A stretch of 64,000 nucleotides of DNA from Terriglobia bacterium (GCA_963748015.1 CAVVHE010000006.1:1-64000), one strand, 5' to 3'. Counted from the first letter of the stretch, positions 30,468 through 42,902 are shown. The notes: a model not told the origin generated them from the sequence alone. Made by a program: numbers and translations.

Positions 30468-31678
30468 CGGCACCACGCCTCGACGACTACGCTGCCATCG
30501 TGGGACCGGAGCGAATCGCCGTCATGCGGCGGCTCGCCCGGAGGCTGGAGGGACTCCGCATCGTCGCTGTGAATTCCACCCGCGTGGGCGGTGGCGTCGC
30601 GGAGATGCTGAACCGCCACGTCCCGCTGTTCCGGGAGCTGGGAATCGACATGCGGTGGGAGGTTCTCGAGGGAACTCCGGAGTTCTTCGACGCGACGAAG
30701 ACGATTCACAACGCGCTCCAGGGAGCTTCGCGGGAGCTGAGTCCGGCCATGCAGGCCGCGTACCTGGAGACGAACCGGCGCAACGCGGAGAGACTGGATC
30801 TGAACGCCGACGTCGTCATCATTCACGACCCGCAGCCGGCGGCTCTGGTCGAGTACGTGCCCCGCGGTTGCCCTTGGATCTGGCGATGCCACATCGACGC
30901 GTCGCGCCCCCATCGGAGCGTCTGGCACTTCGTCCGCCGGTACGTGAGCAAGTACGACGCGAGCGTCTTTTCCATGCCGGCGTTCGCGCAGAACCTCCCG
31001 CACCCCCAGTACCTGATTGCGCCCTCGATCGACCCCCTCGCGCCCAAGAACCAGGAGATGACCGATGCGGAGGTGGACCAGGTTCTCTCGAGGTTCGGTC
31101 TCGATCGCTCCCGTCCTCTGGTCGTCCAGGTGTCTCGGTTCGATCGGTTCAAGGACCCCTTGGGCGTCGTCCGGGCGTTCAAGATGGTCCGGAGGCGGGA
31201 CGACTGCCGGCTGCTCCTGGTGGGCGGAGGCGCGAGCGATGACCCGGAGGGCGCTCAGGTGCTCCGCGAAGTGCACGACGAGGCCGGCGACGACCCCGAC
31301 ATCACGATCCTGAACATCCCGCCGGACAGCGATCGCGAGATCAACGCGTTTCAGCGAGCGGCGACGATCATCGTGCAGAAGTCCGTCAAGGAGGGATTCG
31401 GGCTGACGGTGACCGAAGGGCTGTGGAAAGGCCGGCCCGTGATCGGCGGGGCTGTTGGCGGCATCAAGGTGCAGGTCTACGACGACAAGACGGGCTTCCT
31501 CGTCCATTCGGTCGAGGGGCTCGCCTACCGGATCCGGTACCTGCTGAACCGCCCGACTCTGGCCGACGAGATGGGAGCGCGCGGACGGGAGCTCGTTCGT
31601 CACTACTTCCTGCTCACGCGCCACATCCGCGACTGGCTCACGCTCCTGCTCGCCGTGACAAGACGCGCGCCAGTGTGA
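30464..31678 (+). CDS. treT: Trehalose synthase TreT-type glycosyltransferase (GT4)
   Basis: NSTRVGGGVAEML, IHDPQP, WRCHID, QVSRFDRFKDP, EGFGLTVTE. Confidence 0.88.
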   Translation: MTAPRLDDYAAIVGPERIAVMRRLARRLEGLRIVAVNSTRVGGGVAEMLNRHVPLFRELGIDMRWEVLEGTPEFFDATKTIHNALQGASRELSPAMQAAYLETNRRNAERLDLNADVVIIHDPQPAALVEYVPRGCPWIWRCHIDASRPHRSVWHFVRRYVSKYDASVFSMPAFAQNLPHPQYLIAPSIDPLAPKNQEMTDAEVDQVLSRFGLDRSRPLVVQVSRFDRFKDPLGVVRAFKMVRRRDDCRLLLVGGGASDDPEGAQVLREVHDEAGDDPDITILNIPPDSDREINAFQRAATIIVQKSVKEGFGLTVTEGLWKGRPVIGGAVGGIKVQVYDDKTGFLVHSVEGLAYRIRYLLNRPTLADEMGARGRELVRHYFLLTRHIRDWLTLLLAVTRRAPV

Positions 31679-31760
31679 GCAAGGGGCCATCAACGCACTT
31701 CCAACAAGCCTTCGGACGAGACAATGCTTCGCGTCGAACCTCACACTAGCGCTGAACAGG

Positions 31761-31862
31761 TGTCCACCTGGGTGTCCATGACGCTCGTAAAATATGGTCG
31801 CTGCCCGTAACGCTCGAAGAGAGAAAGGGCAACAGATCAAGAGAACCTTGATCTGTCGCCCT
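31761..31862 (+). repeat. att-arm-like sequence: GGTGTCCA direct repeats plus inverted repeat
   Basis: AGGGCAACAGATCAAG-agaac-CTTGATCTGTCGCCCT; homologous to 1-102. Confidence 0.75.
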
Positions 31863-31873
31863 GTCTTCTCCTT

Positions 31874-31929
31874 CTTGAAATCCCACTTCCCGCAGGGGAG
31901 TCCGGGTTCGAGTCCCGGCTCCGGCACCA
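31874..31929 (+). repeat. 3' fragment of tRNA-Leu ending in CCA (copy 2)
   Basis: Near-identical to 114-166; anticodon loop degenerated to CTTGAAA; 1-nt insertion. Confidence 0.9.
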
Positions 31930-31987
31930 CCGAACACCGCGAAACGCCGCCGGGATCAAGAGCGGCGTGCGTCTCGCGCCGCCGACG

Positions 31988-32500
31988 TCATGACGGTTCC
32001 ACGCTCGCGCCGAGGGAGATGACAAGCTCGTCCAGCTGCTCGAACGTCTCGTGCATCCCATCCGTACTCCCGGAGGCGTCGAGCGCTTCCTTCGAGGGAT
32101 GGAGGTCGTGCATGACCACCCGTGTCTTGCCACCTTGATCTTCGAAGGTCACCGTTGTGACCGCCCCATCGTCGCCCCCTTCCTCGTTCGTCCAGACGAG
32201 GCGCGCGTGCGGGGTCACTTCGAGGTACCTGCCGTAGAACGCCATCTCCGAGCCCTCGTGACTGAATACGAGCCGGTACCGGCCCCCGACACGCACATCC
32301 AACTCGCAGGACAGCAGGGACAGGCCGAACGACTTCGGAACCCACCACCGCTCGAACAGCTCGGGTTTGGTCCACGCCTCGAACACGATGCGGGCTGGCC
32401 CGTTGATGGTTCGCGTGACGACGATCTCACGCTCGGACTTCCGTTCCACCGTCGTGCGGTTCTTCATGGGGATGGGCTCACTCTCTCTTCTTGCGTCCAT
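31988..32500 (-). CDS. SRPBCC/AHSA1 family protein
   Basis: REIVVTRTINGPARIVFEAWTKPE, DVRVGGRYR. Confidence 0.9.
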   Translation of the reverse strand: MDARRESEPIPMKNRTTVERKSEREIVVTRTINGPARIVFEAWTKPELFERWWVPKSFGLSLLSCELDVRVGGRYRLVFSHEGSEMAFYGRYLEVTPHARLVWTNEEGGDDGAVTTVTFEDQGGKTRVVMHDLHPSKEALDASGSTDGMHETFEQLDELVISLGASVEPS

Positions 32501-32843
32501 GGACCTTCTCCTTCCGTTTCAGCTCCTCTACAATCCCGTCCAACTCGTCGAAGCGTGCATTCCAGCGCTGGCGTTGCCTCTCGATCCACTCCGTCTCGTG
32601 CTCCAGCCGGCGCGGCCCGAGCTTGCAGGTCCGCACGCGACCGATCTTCTCTGTGGTCACGAGACCGGCCTGCTCCAAGACGCCGACGTGCTTCTTCATA
32701 CCCGTCAACGTCATGTGGAACTTCCCGGCAAGGTCGGTGATCGAAGCGTCTGCGCGGCTGAGCTGCTCCAGAACGCCGCGCCTTGTGGCGTCCGAGAGCG
32801 CGGCGAACGAGGCATCGAGGCGGGCTGTCGTATACTGAACCAT
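32478..32843 (-). CDS. ArsR-family regulator
   Basis: FAALSDATRRGVL, KHVGVLEQAGLV, GRVRTC. Confidence 0.92.
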   Translation of the reverse strand: MVQYTTARLDASFAALSDATRRGVLEQLSRADASITDLAGKFHMTLTGMKKHVGVLEQAGLVTTEKIGRVRTCKLGPRRLEHETEWIERQRQRWNARFDELDGIVEELKRKEKVHGRKKRE

Positions 32844-32855
32844 ACGGTTCAGTAT
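32832..32855. promoter_or_regulatory. ArsR autoregulatory operator
   Basis: Perfect inverted repeat ATACTGAACC-N4-GGTTCAGTAT over the start codon. Confidence 0.75.
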
Positions 32856-33149
32856 TTACCACACGACTGGGCCGCATGCAAGGAGCGATTCGAATACACG
32901 TTCGCGTCGGAATCCGTCGATCTAGACTCGCACAATTCACGCACAGTGCGCGCTAAGTCGCTTGTTCGTAGTGACTTGACAGCGCGCACGGGATTCAAGA
33001 CCCCGTGCGTCTGGCACCGGTTGTGCGCGTTTTGTCCGTGTGCCCGGCACGGTGCCGTGTCGGGACGGGCCGTGACGCGGCCTGGAACTGTCAGGCGCGT
33101 ACGGCATGGAACGTACGGAACGACATGGCAGGCACTCGGACCGGTGCGG

Positions 33150-33183
33150 AAAATCCCCTTCCCGCAGGGGAGTCCGGGTTCGA
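33150..33183 (+). repeat. tRNA-Leu internal fragment truncated in the T-loop (copy 3)
   Basis: AAAATCCCCTTCCCGCAGGGGAGTCCGGGTTCGA, identical to 117-150. Confidence 0.88.
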
Positions 33184-33466
33184 TCTCGGCAAGGGTGCTC
33201 TCGCGATCGCGCTCGAGGGCAGCAAGGCGCGCTTCCTCCTTGGCGAGGCGTCGAACGAGGTCGGCGCGGGACGAACCCATGGACCCATCACTCCGAGGAC
33301 CTTCGATCGAGGCTTCCCGACGTGTTGGCATGGTTCACGTGCGAAAGTATGCCCCGGCTGTGGATGAACAGGCGGCAAGAATCCGGCGTGGTGAACCCTG
33401 CTTCGGAGCAAGATGTGCGCCGGAGCCTCGAGATCGCCTGTTCATGGGCCGCCGTTCGAAACCACG

Positions 33467-33495
33467 TTGACGGAGGACTGAATTCAGACTATATT
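33467..33495 (+). promoter_or_regulatory. Sigma70 promoter of the TA operon with overlapping palindrome
   Basis: TTGACG-N17-TATATT; CTGAATTCAG palindrome in the spacer. Confidence 0.65.
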
Positions 33496-33522
33496 CGGAC
33501 TGTTATTGAACCGGAGGTTGAC

Positions 33523-33816
33523 GTGAAGGAAGTACAAGTGTCCGATGGCATCGTTCCGCTCGGCGAGTTCAAGTCGCGAGCGGCCAGACTCCTCAAGCGC
33601 CTCGGGGAATCGGGTCAGCCTATGGTGATCACCCAGAACGGGCGGCCGGCCGGAGTGCTGGTGTCGCCCAAGGAATTTGACCGGATTCAAGAGCGGCAAC
33701 GGTTCCTGGAGTCGATCGCCGCCGGACTGGCGGACGCCGAAGCGGGCAGAGTTATCGACACGTCCGCGCTCCGGAAGCTGATTCGATCGCGGCGCGCGAA
33801 GCGTACCCGCACATGA
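33523..33816 (+). CDS. Phd/YefM antitoxin
   Basis: EFKSRAARLL, PMVITQNGRPAGVL; GTG start after GGAGG. Confidence 0.9.
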   Translation: MKEVQVSDGIVPLGEFKSRAARLLKRLGESGQPMVITQNGRPAGVLVSPKEFDRIQERQRFLESIAAGLADAEAGRVIDTSALRKLIRSRRAKRTRT

Positions 33817-34121
33817 GAGTGGTCTGGACCGAGCAGGCTTGGCGGCGCCTTTCCGAGATCGAGGAGTTCATCGCACGAGAGCGTCCCGCCGCGGCTGCGA
33901 AGCTTGTCGACAAGCTCGTCGATCGCGGCGACGCGCTCGCGACGTATCCCGACCGCGGACGGAGGCTACCTGAGCTCCCGGGCAGTGGTTTACGGGAACT
34001 CGTCGTAGACGACTACCGCATCGTCTATCGGCGGACCGCGAGCACCATCGAAGTTCTCACCGTGTTCGAAGGCCACCGGCTGCTCCGTCGCAAGGAACTT
34101 CCCGGCACCAGGGGTCTTTAA
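33813..34121 (+). CDS. RelE/ParE family toxin
   Basis: MRVVWTEQA, GRRLPEL, LREL, YRIVYR; ATGA overlap with the antitoxin. Confidence 0.9.
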   Translation: MRVVWTEQAWRRLSEIEEFIARERPAAAAKLVDKLVDRGDALATYPDRGRRLPELPGSGLRELVVDDYRIVYRRTASTIEVLTVFEGHRLLRRKELPGTRGL

Positions 34122-34346
34122 CGAGTCACAGCGATTGGACGCAATGCGATGGCGAGCACGGGTGGCTCGATGGAGGCTCTTCGCCCGCCGCCGCGAGATC
34201 GTCTAGACTCTTCTCTGCAAGGCGCGGAGAACTGACCAAGGAAAAGCCCGGTCGCCGCTGCTCCCGCTTGCGTTGCTCTGGTTCGGCGGGGGGTAGCTGT
34301 TCGTGCTGCCGCATGCCGCGCGGTGGCGGAGCCGGAGGACGAGCTC

Positions 34347-34928
34347 ATGACACGATCGACCGCGAAGACCCCGGATTCTCCCGGAATCCGCTTCAGCGCG
34401 ACGCTCCACAGGCCGGCGGAGCCGAAGTCCGCGTCCTGGGCGTTTCTGACCCTGCCGAAGCGGGCCAGTTCGAAGATGCCCTCGCGGGGCATGGTGTCGG
34501 TGCAGGGCACCATCAATGGCTCACCCCTTCGGGCGACGCTGAGGCCGGATGGCCGGGGCGGGCACTGGCTCAAGGTGGACGGGACGATACGGAAGGCCGC
34601 GGGCGCGGATGTGGGCGATGCCGTCACGCTGGAGATTGCGCCGGTCGCGCCCGATCAGGAGCCTGAGCCGGACGTGCCCGCCGATCTGCGGAAGGCGCTG
34701 GCGGCTGCGTCAGCGAAGACCCTGGAGGCGTGGGTGGACATCACCCCTGCCGCGCGGCGCGATTTCGTGTTCTGGGTAGTTTCGGCGAAGCAGTCGGAGA
34801 CCCGGGCGCGGCGGGTCGGGAATGCCTGCGACATGCTGGCGAAGGGGAAGCGGCGGCCATGCTGCTTCGATCGATCGGGGATGTATGCCAAGAGCCTGAG
34901 CTGCCCTGTCGCCGCGGACGAGAAGTGA
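34347..34928 (+). CDS. DUF1905 + YdeI/OmpD-associated domain protein
   Basis: VQGTING, VPADLRKAL, SAKQSETRARRV. Confidence 0.8.
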   Translation: MTRSTAKTPDSPGIRFSATLHRPAEPKSASWAFLTLPKRASSKMPSRGMVSVQGTINGSPLRATLRPDGRGGHWLKVDGTIRKAAGADVGDAVTLEIAPVAPDQEPEPDVPADLRKALAAASAKTLEAWVDITPAARRDFVFWVVSAKQSETRARRVGNACDMLAKGKRRPCCFDRSGMYAKSLSCPVAADEK

Positions 34929-34941
34929 GGCGCGTCCCCCG

Positions 34942-35337
34942 ATGACGATCCACAAGGACATCGTCGCGTACCACGCGGCCCAGCCGGGGAGCGAGAAGCG
35001 CATCTGCGACGTCCTCGCGAAGGCGATCGATCTACATCTTCCAGGCGCGGAGAACAAGATCTGGCACCAGCACCCGGTGTGGTTCCTCGACGGGAACCCG
35101 ATCGTCGGGTATAGCAAGCTCAAGGATTGCATTCGCCTGCTGTTCTGGAGCGGGCAGTCGTTCGACGAGCCGGGTCTGGCGGCCGAAGGCAGCTTCAAGG
35201 CGGCGGAGACGCGGTACACGTCGGTCGATCAGATCGTCGCCGCGGATCTCGAGCGGTGGCTGAAGAAGGCGGTCGAGATCCAGTGGGACTACAAGAACAT
35301 CGTGAAGCGCAGGGGGAGGCTCGAGCGATCAAGATAG
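34942..35337 (+). CDS. DUF1801 protein
   Basis: ENKIWHQHPVWFLDGNPIVGYS, QWDYKNIVKR. Confidence 0.8.
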   Translation: MTIHKDIVAYHAAQPGSEKRICDVLAKAIDLHLPGAENKIWHQHPVWFLDGNPIVGYSKLKDCIRLLFWSGQSFDEPGLAAEGSFKAAETRYTSVDQIVAADLERWLKKAVEIQWDYKNIVKRRGRLERSR

Positions 35338-35526
35338 CTCACTGTGAAGACGCTGCTCGTCGAGCCGCCGTTCGCCGGGAGGCCGAATGATTCAGTCGGC
35401 ACCGTGACCGGGATGGCGGGGGCGTGCTCGTGCTCGCGCACGGTAGTCGATGGACGTCTCGCCCGCGCATGAGCACTCGAGGCAGCCATGGGTCGCGCAC
35501 ACGCCGCAGCGCCGCTCGAGCTGCGT

Positions 35527-36789
35527 TGACCCGCCCCCGTCCATCGTACCAGTGCCTATGTTAGTCTAAGCGCCATTGCCGGCGGGTGGAGCGCGGCGGA
35601 AACCGATGGCAATGGAGCGGTCGCGACCGGGGCCGGTCGACGGTACCCCAACGTACTGTGCGGTCGAATCGTGTTGTACTCCCGCCGCCACCGCTCGACG
35701 AGAACCTTGGCCTCGGCCAGCGTGTAGAAGATCTCACGGTCGAGCAACTCGTCCCTGAATTTCCCGTTGAAGGATTCCACGTACCCATTCTCCCATGGGC
35801 TGCCGGGCTCGAAGAAGAGCGTCTGCACTCCGAGCCGCTCGAGCCACACCCGAACGAGCTCGGAGGTGAACTCCGGACCGTTGTCCGACCGGATGTGTTC
35901 CGGGACCCCACGCTCGATGAATAGTTCCGACAGGTGCTCCAGCACGTCGATGGACCGCATCCGCCGCTCCACGTGAATCGCCAGACACTCCCTTGTGTAT
36001 TCGTCGACGATGCTGAGAAGCTTCATCGGTCGCCCATCGTGGGTCCGCTCCACCATGAAGTCGTACGACCACACGTGGTTCGGTCACTCGGGTCTCCGTC
36101 GAATGCACGAGCCGTCGTTGAGCCACAACCGACCCCGTTTCGGCTGCTTCTGCGGCACACGGAGCCCTTCTCGTCGCCCTAGCCGCTCCACGCGTTTGTG
36201 ATTTGCTCGCCATCCCTCATGGCGAAGAAGAGCCGTGATCCGTCGATAACCGTACCGACCGTACTCCGTCGCCGGTTCGATAATGCGGCTCACCAGCCGG
36301 GGCTCATCGCTTCGACGGGTGGCACGGTGCCGGTGGGTCGATCGCGACTGAGCCACCACCCGACAGGCCCGGCGCTCCGACACGCGCAAAACACGACGAA
36401 CATGTTCCACCGCGCGCCGTCGTCGGTCCGGGCTCAGCATCTTCCCGAGGACACCTCCTTCAGAATCGCTATGTCGATCGCCTGGTCAGCCACCAGCCTC
36501 TTCAGCCGGGCATTCTCCCGTTCCAGGCTTTTCAGACGCTTCGCCTGCTCCAGGCGCAAACCGCCGTATTCTCGCCGCCAGCAGTAGTACGTCTGCTCGC
36601 TGACCCCCAGTTTCTTGCAGACCTGCGGTGTCGTCTGTCCCCTCGCCAGATCGACGTCGGCCTCACGAATCTTCGCGACGATCTGCTCCGGTGTTTACCG
36701 CTTCTTCGCCATCCTCAACCCCCTTGCCAGCCCGGCGGAAACGGTCAATTCTAACCGTCGCGCTGGACCGATCTAATGGGGGCGGGTCA
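35527..36789 (-). mobile_element. IS3-family (IS407-group-like) insertion sequence, inactivated
   Basis: Terminal inverted repeats TGACCCGCCCCC at both ends; orfA/orfB arrangement. Confidence 0.9.
35556..36712 (-). pseudogene. IS3 transposase orfAB with nonsense mutations
   Basis: orfA MAKKR*TPEQIV (TAA at codon 6); orfB in-frame TGA at 36084; DDE motifs WSYDF, RSDNGPEF, ESFNG. Confidence 0.88.
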
Positions 36790-36827
36790 CGCGCGAGATT
36801 GAGGCTCGCTTCGCTCGCTGGCGACTG

Positions 36828-36848
36828 CGAGTCCCGGCTCCGGCGCCA
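36828..36848 (+). repeat. tRNA-Leu 3' end, T-loop to CCA (copy 4)
   Basis: CGAGTCCCGGCTCCGGCGCCA versus CGAGTCCCGGCTCCGGCACCA (1 mismatch). Confidence 0.82.
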
Positions 36849-36903
36849 AGATGTCATCCGCGCGGCGGGATCAGCGCGGCCAATGGCACGGTTCGCAAGT
36901 CAC

Positions 36904-37764
36904 TCAGGCCGGAGTCCCGAGCCTCGCGAACACCCGGCCGGCGATCTCGGCCGCGGAAGCGCCCCCGCCGCCCGTGGTGCGCACCGCGAGCACCCATCGC
37001 GGCTCGGCGAGCGGAGCGAACGCCGCGAACTTCTTCTCCGCGTCGGCTCCGGGGAGCGTCCCGGTCTTCCCGGCGACGTCAAGGCCCGGCACGTTCGCGG
37101 CCGTGGCCGTCCCGCGTAGGACCGCCTCGCGCCAGCCGCGCCTCACCGCGGCGAGCGCCGTGTCGGCGGGATCGGCGAACGCCACCGCGCGAGCGAGGCG
37201 AGCAAGTTCCTCGCAGCCGGTCGCGAGAAGCGTGCCGTGCGCGTACGCGTCGAGGCGCTCGAGGAGGTTCGAGGGCTTCGCGGCGAGACGATCCGAGAGC
37301 CCGCCGAGCCGGTCGCAGGCCTCACGGTACGACTCCCAGGTCAGCCGCGCGCCGACCTTCTCGAAGAATGAGTTGCAGGACAAAGCCAGCGCGTCGATCA
37401 CCGTGATCGCGCCATGTCCGTCGGGGATCCAGCCGTCGCCGTCGCAGAGGATTCTCTCGTCCTCGCCGAGCAGACCGCCCCGGAGCGCCGCGTAGGCACA
37501 GAACGTCTTGGAGACCGATGCGGCGGGAGTGCGCTCGGGAAGGGGCCGACCCCGCATCTCGGCGTGGAGCGGCTCGAGCGATCGGGCGTCATAAACGACG
37601 TAGGCGCCCCGGTCCTTGCCTGCCATCACGGGACCGTTGGGAACGGGTGGCAGCCCGCGCGGCGCCGGTGCAGCAGCCGCGCGCCCCGCGCCGGCCGGGA
37701 GCGCCGGGGCAACCATCGCTCCGACTACGAGTCCCAGGAACTCCCGTCGCCGCGTCGTCGTCAC
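36904..37764 (-). CDS. Tat-exported penicillin-binding transpeptidase-domain protein
   Basis: TRRREFL Tat leader; SVSK, SCN and KTG motifs. Confidence 0.8.
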   Translation of the reverse strand: MTTTRRREFLGLVVGAMVAPALPAGAGRAAAAPAPRGLPPVPNGPVMAGKDRGAYVVYDARSLEPLHAEMRGRPLPERTPAASVSKTFCAYAALRGGLLGEDERILCDGDGWIPDGHGAITVIDALALSCNSFFEKVGARLTWESYREACDRLGGLSDRLAAKPSNLLERLDAYAHGTLLATGCEELARLARAVAFADPADTALAAVRRGWREAVLRGTATAANVPGLDVAGKTGTLPGADAEKKFAAFAPLAEPRWVLAVRTTGGGGASAAEIAGRVFARLGTPA

Positions 37765-37927
37765 GACCCACCTCCCCTCGGGCTCGCACGTTCCGGAGAT
37801 GCTGCCCGCTCGCGGCGACGCCGTCAATGTGCCGGCCAGCCGTGTCGCGGCTCCGCCACGACGCGGAGGCAATGGGTCGATCAAATTCGGTCTGGGCTGC
37901 TCGAATTATTTCAGGAACTTCGTCATC

Positions 37928-41341
<3,414 letters not shown>

Positions 41342-41564
41342 TCACAACGTGATAAAGCTCGACGCGAGGGACCGCGCGCCCCTCTTCACCGAGATCATCT
41401 TGCCTGCTCCGGGCTCCGGGTAGGGACTCCCACCCGCCGACTATCGAGGCGCGCTCGGGATCAGGACGTCTGGGTGGGGTCCTTGCGCCCGAGGACCTCC
41501 CCCATCACGTCGAGCCGGCGACGGATCTCCTGGATCCGAGCCAACGGATCGCCGGCCGCGCGGG

Positions 41565-42155
41565 TTACCGGTAGAGAGCGATTCGGGCGATGGCCACATC
41601 GGCAGTGCCGTCCCATTTCGCGGCCGCGATGGCCACGCGCTCAAGGCGGGTCGGGTCGAGCGGAGCTCGAAGGTTCTCGCCGCGAAAGGCGGCGAACGGG
41701 ATCTCGACCTCGCGCCAACCTTCCGCGGTGGGGACGGGGGCTTGGTAGTACTGCCACGGCAGGCGCGTGTCGGCCGTGCGCAGATGAATCGAGTACGCCC
41801 GGCCGTTCCCGGTCACGGTGATGCGGAAGCCCCGGTAGCCGCCGGCGTCCAGCGGCCCCTTCGCGCCGCCGAGAGGAAGGGCCATCTGGATGAAACCCCC
41901 GCGATTCTCCAGGGAGACCTCGCCGCGAAGCCGGAGACAGGGGAGCGTCGCGAGAGTGTCCCGGGAGGCCGAGCCGCGCGAGACCCCGCCCATGACCCGG
42001 TCCGTGAACGCCCGCCATTCGGTGCCGAGCGCGGACCGCCCGTCCTCCCGCGAGAAGTCGTCGATGAGCATGATCGTGCGGTCCTCCGCGTTCACGCCGC
42101 CGGTTGGGGCGAAGAGGATCAGGGCGAGCAGGCACGCGCCAAGGCGAAGTCTCAC
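41565..42155 (-). CDS. CIA30 family protein with signal peptide
   Basis: FTDRVMGGVS, VSLENRGGFIQ; GTG start overlapping the upstream stop. Confidence 0.85.
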   Translation of the reverse strand: MRLRLGACLLALILFAPTGGVNAEDRTIMLIDDFSREDGRSALGTEWRAFTDRVMGGVSRGSASRDTLATLPCLRLRGEVSLENRGGFIQMALPLGGAKGPLDAGGYRGFRITVTGNGRAYSIHLRTADTRLPWQYYQAPVPTAEGWREVEIPFAAFRGENLRAPLDPTRLERVAIAAAKWDGTADVAIARIALYR

Positions 42156-42739
42156 GGCGCCGACACCACGATCGCCGCGCAGGGCTTCTTTCCCAACTTC
42201 CGATATCCGTGGGCCACGGAGGCGTCGAAGTACATGGCGTCGCCTTCTTCGAGCGTGTGCTCGTCCTTCCCGACTCGCACCTCGAGGTCTCCCCTCAGCA
42301 GATAGACGAGCTCGACCCCGGCGTGGTGGTGCCGACGGACCTTCTCCGCCGCCAGGGGATGGAACTCCGCGTAGTACGCGTTGAGTCGCCGGTCCTTCAC
42401 CGGAAAGTCCAGGCTCTCGAAGTGATAGGCGACGTCCTTGGAGTCGGGAGAATCCGGGAAGCTCTGCCGTTCTCTGCGCCGAACGACGGCGAGCACCGGT
42501 CCGCCCTCCTCGGCCGCGAAGAAGTGCTCCAGCCCGACGCTGTACACCATCGCGATCCGGAGGAGCGTGGGAAGGGTAGGAAACAGCTTCCCGTTCTCGA
42601 TCTTCGAGAGCAGCGCCGGCGACAGCCCGGTGTGCTTGCCCAGATCGACCAGCCCGATCTTCTTCCGGAGCCTGAGGGCCCGGAGCTTCTCCCCGATGGA
42701 GTACTTCGAAAGGCCGTCCTCGAGCGTTTTGGATAGCAT
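42152..42739 (-). CDS. XRE HTH-cupin transcriptional regulator
   Basis: LSKIENGKLFPTLPTL; H.G.E..Y...G, GDAMYFDA, HGY. Confidence 0.9.
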   Translation of the reverse strand: MLSKTLEDGLSKYSIGEKLRALRLRKKIGLVDLGKHTGLSPALLSKIENGKLFPTLPTLLRIAMVYSVGLEHFFAAEEGGPVLAVVRRRERQSFPDSPDSKDVAYHFESLDFPVKDRRLNAYYAEFHPLAAEKVRRHHHAGVELVYLLRGDLEVRVGKDEHTLEEGDAMYFDASVAHGYRKLGKKPCAAIVVSAP

Positions 42740-42750
42740 GCCTCACCTCG

Positions 42751-42859
42751 TTTTGACTTTCATTCAAAACTCCGACCGGACTTTGATCCTGAATCACACG
42801 ACATTTGATTCTACGCTTGATTTGATTGCGGTGCAACAGTCGTTCACCTACAGTCAAAA
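42751..42859. promoter_or_regulatory. Cluster of TTTGA-N7-TCAAA-like operators
   Basis: Perfect TTTTGA-N7-TCAAAA at 42751-42769; degenerate copies at 42782-42798 and 42843-42859. Confidence 0.6.
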
Positions 42860-42902
42860 TCGGTGACAGAGAAATCTACCGACGCCAACAAGGAGTAGAC
42901 CC

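Larger units (their letters stand above)
167..31873. mobile_element. Integrase-less genomic island (osmotic/salt stress cargo) bounded by tRNA-Leu 3' direct repeats
   Basis: Direct repeats at both ends, homologous arm before the right repeat, no recombinase ORF inside. Confidence 0.7.

Noticed and set aside
33523..35520. Integron cassette array
   Set aside because: Cassette-like genes, but no convincing attC (RYYYAAC...GTTRRRY) sites and no intI
36084..36086. In-frame TGA as recoding or selenocysteine
   Set aside because: It lies in an IS transposase that also has a TAA in orfA; simple decay
35523..36793. IS target-site duplication
   Set aside because: The flanks (GCGT vs CGCG) do not match
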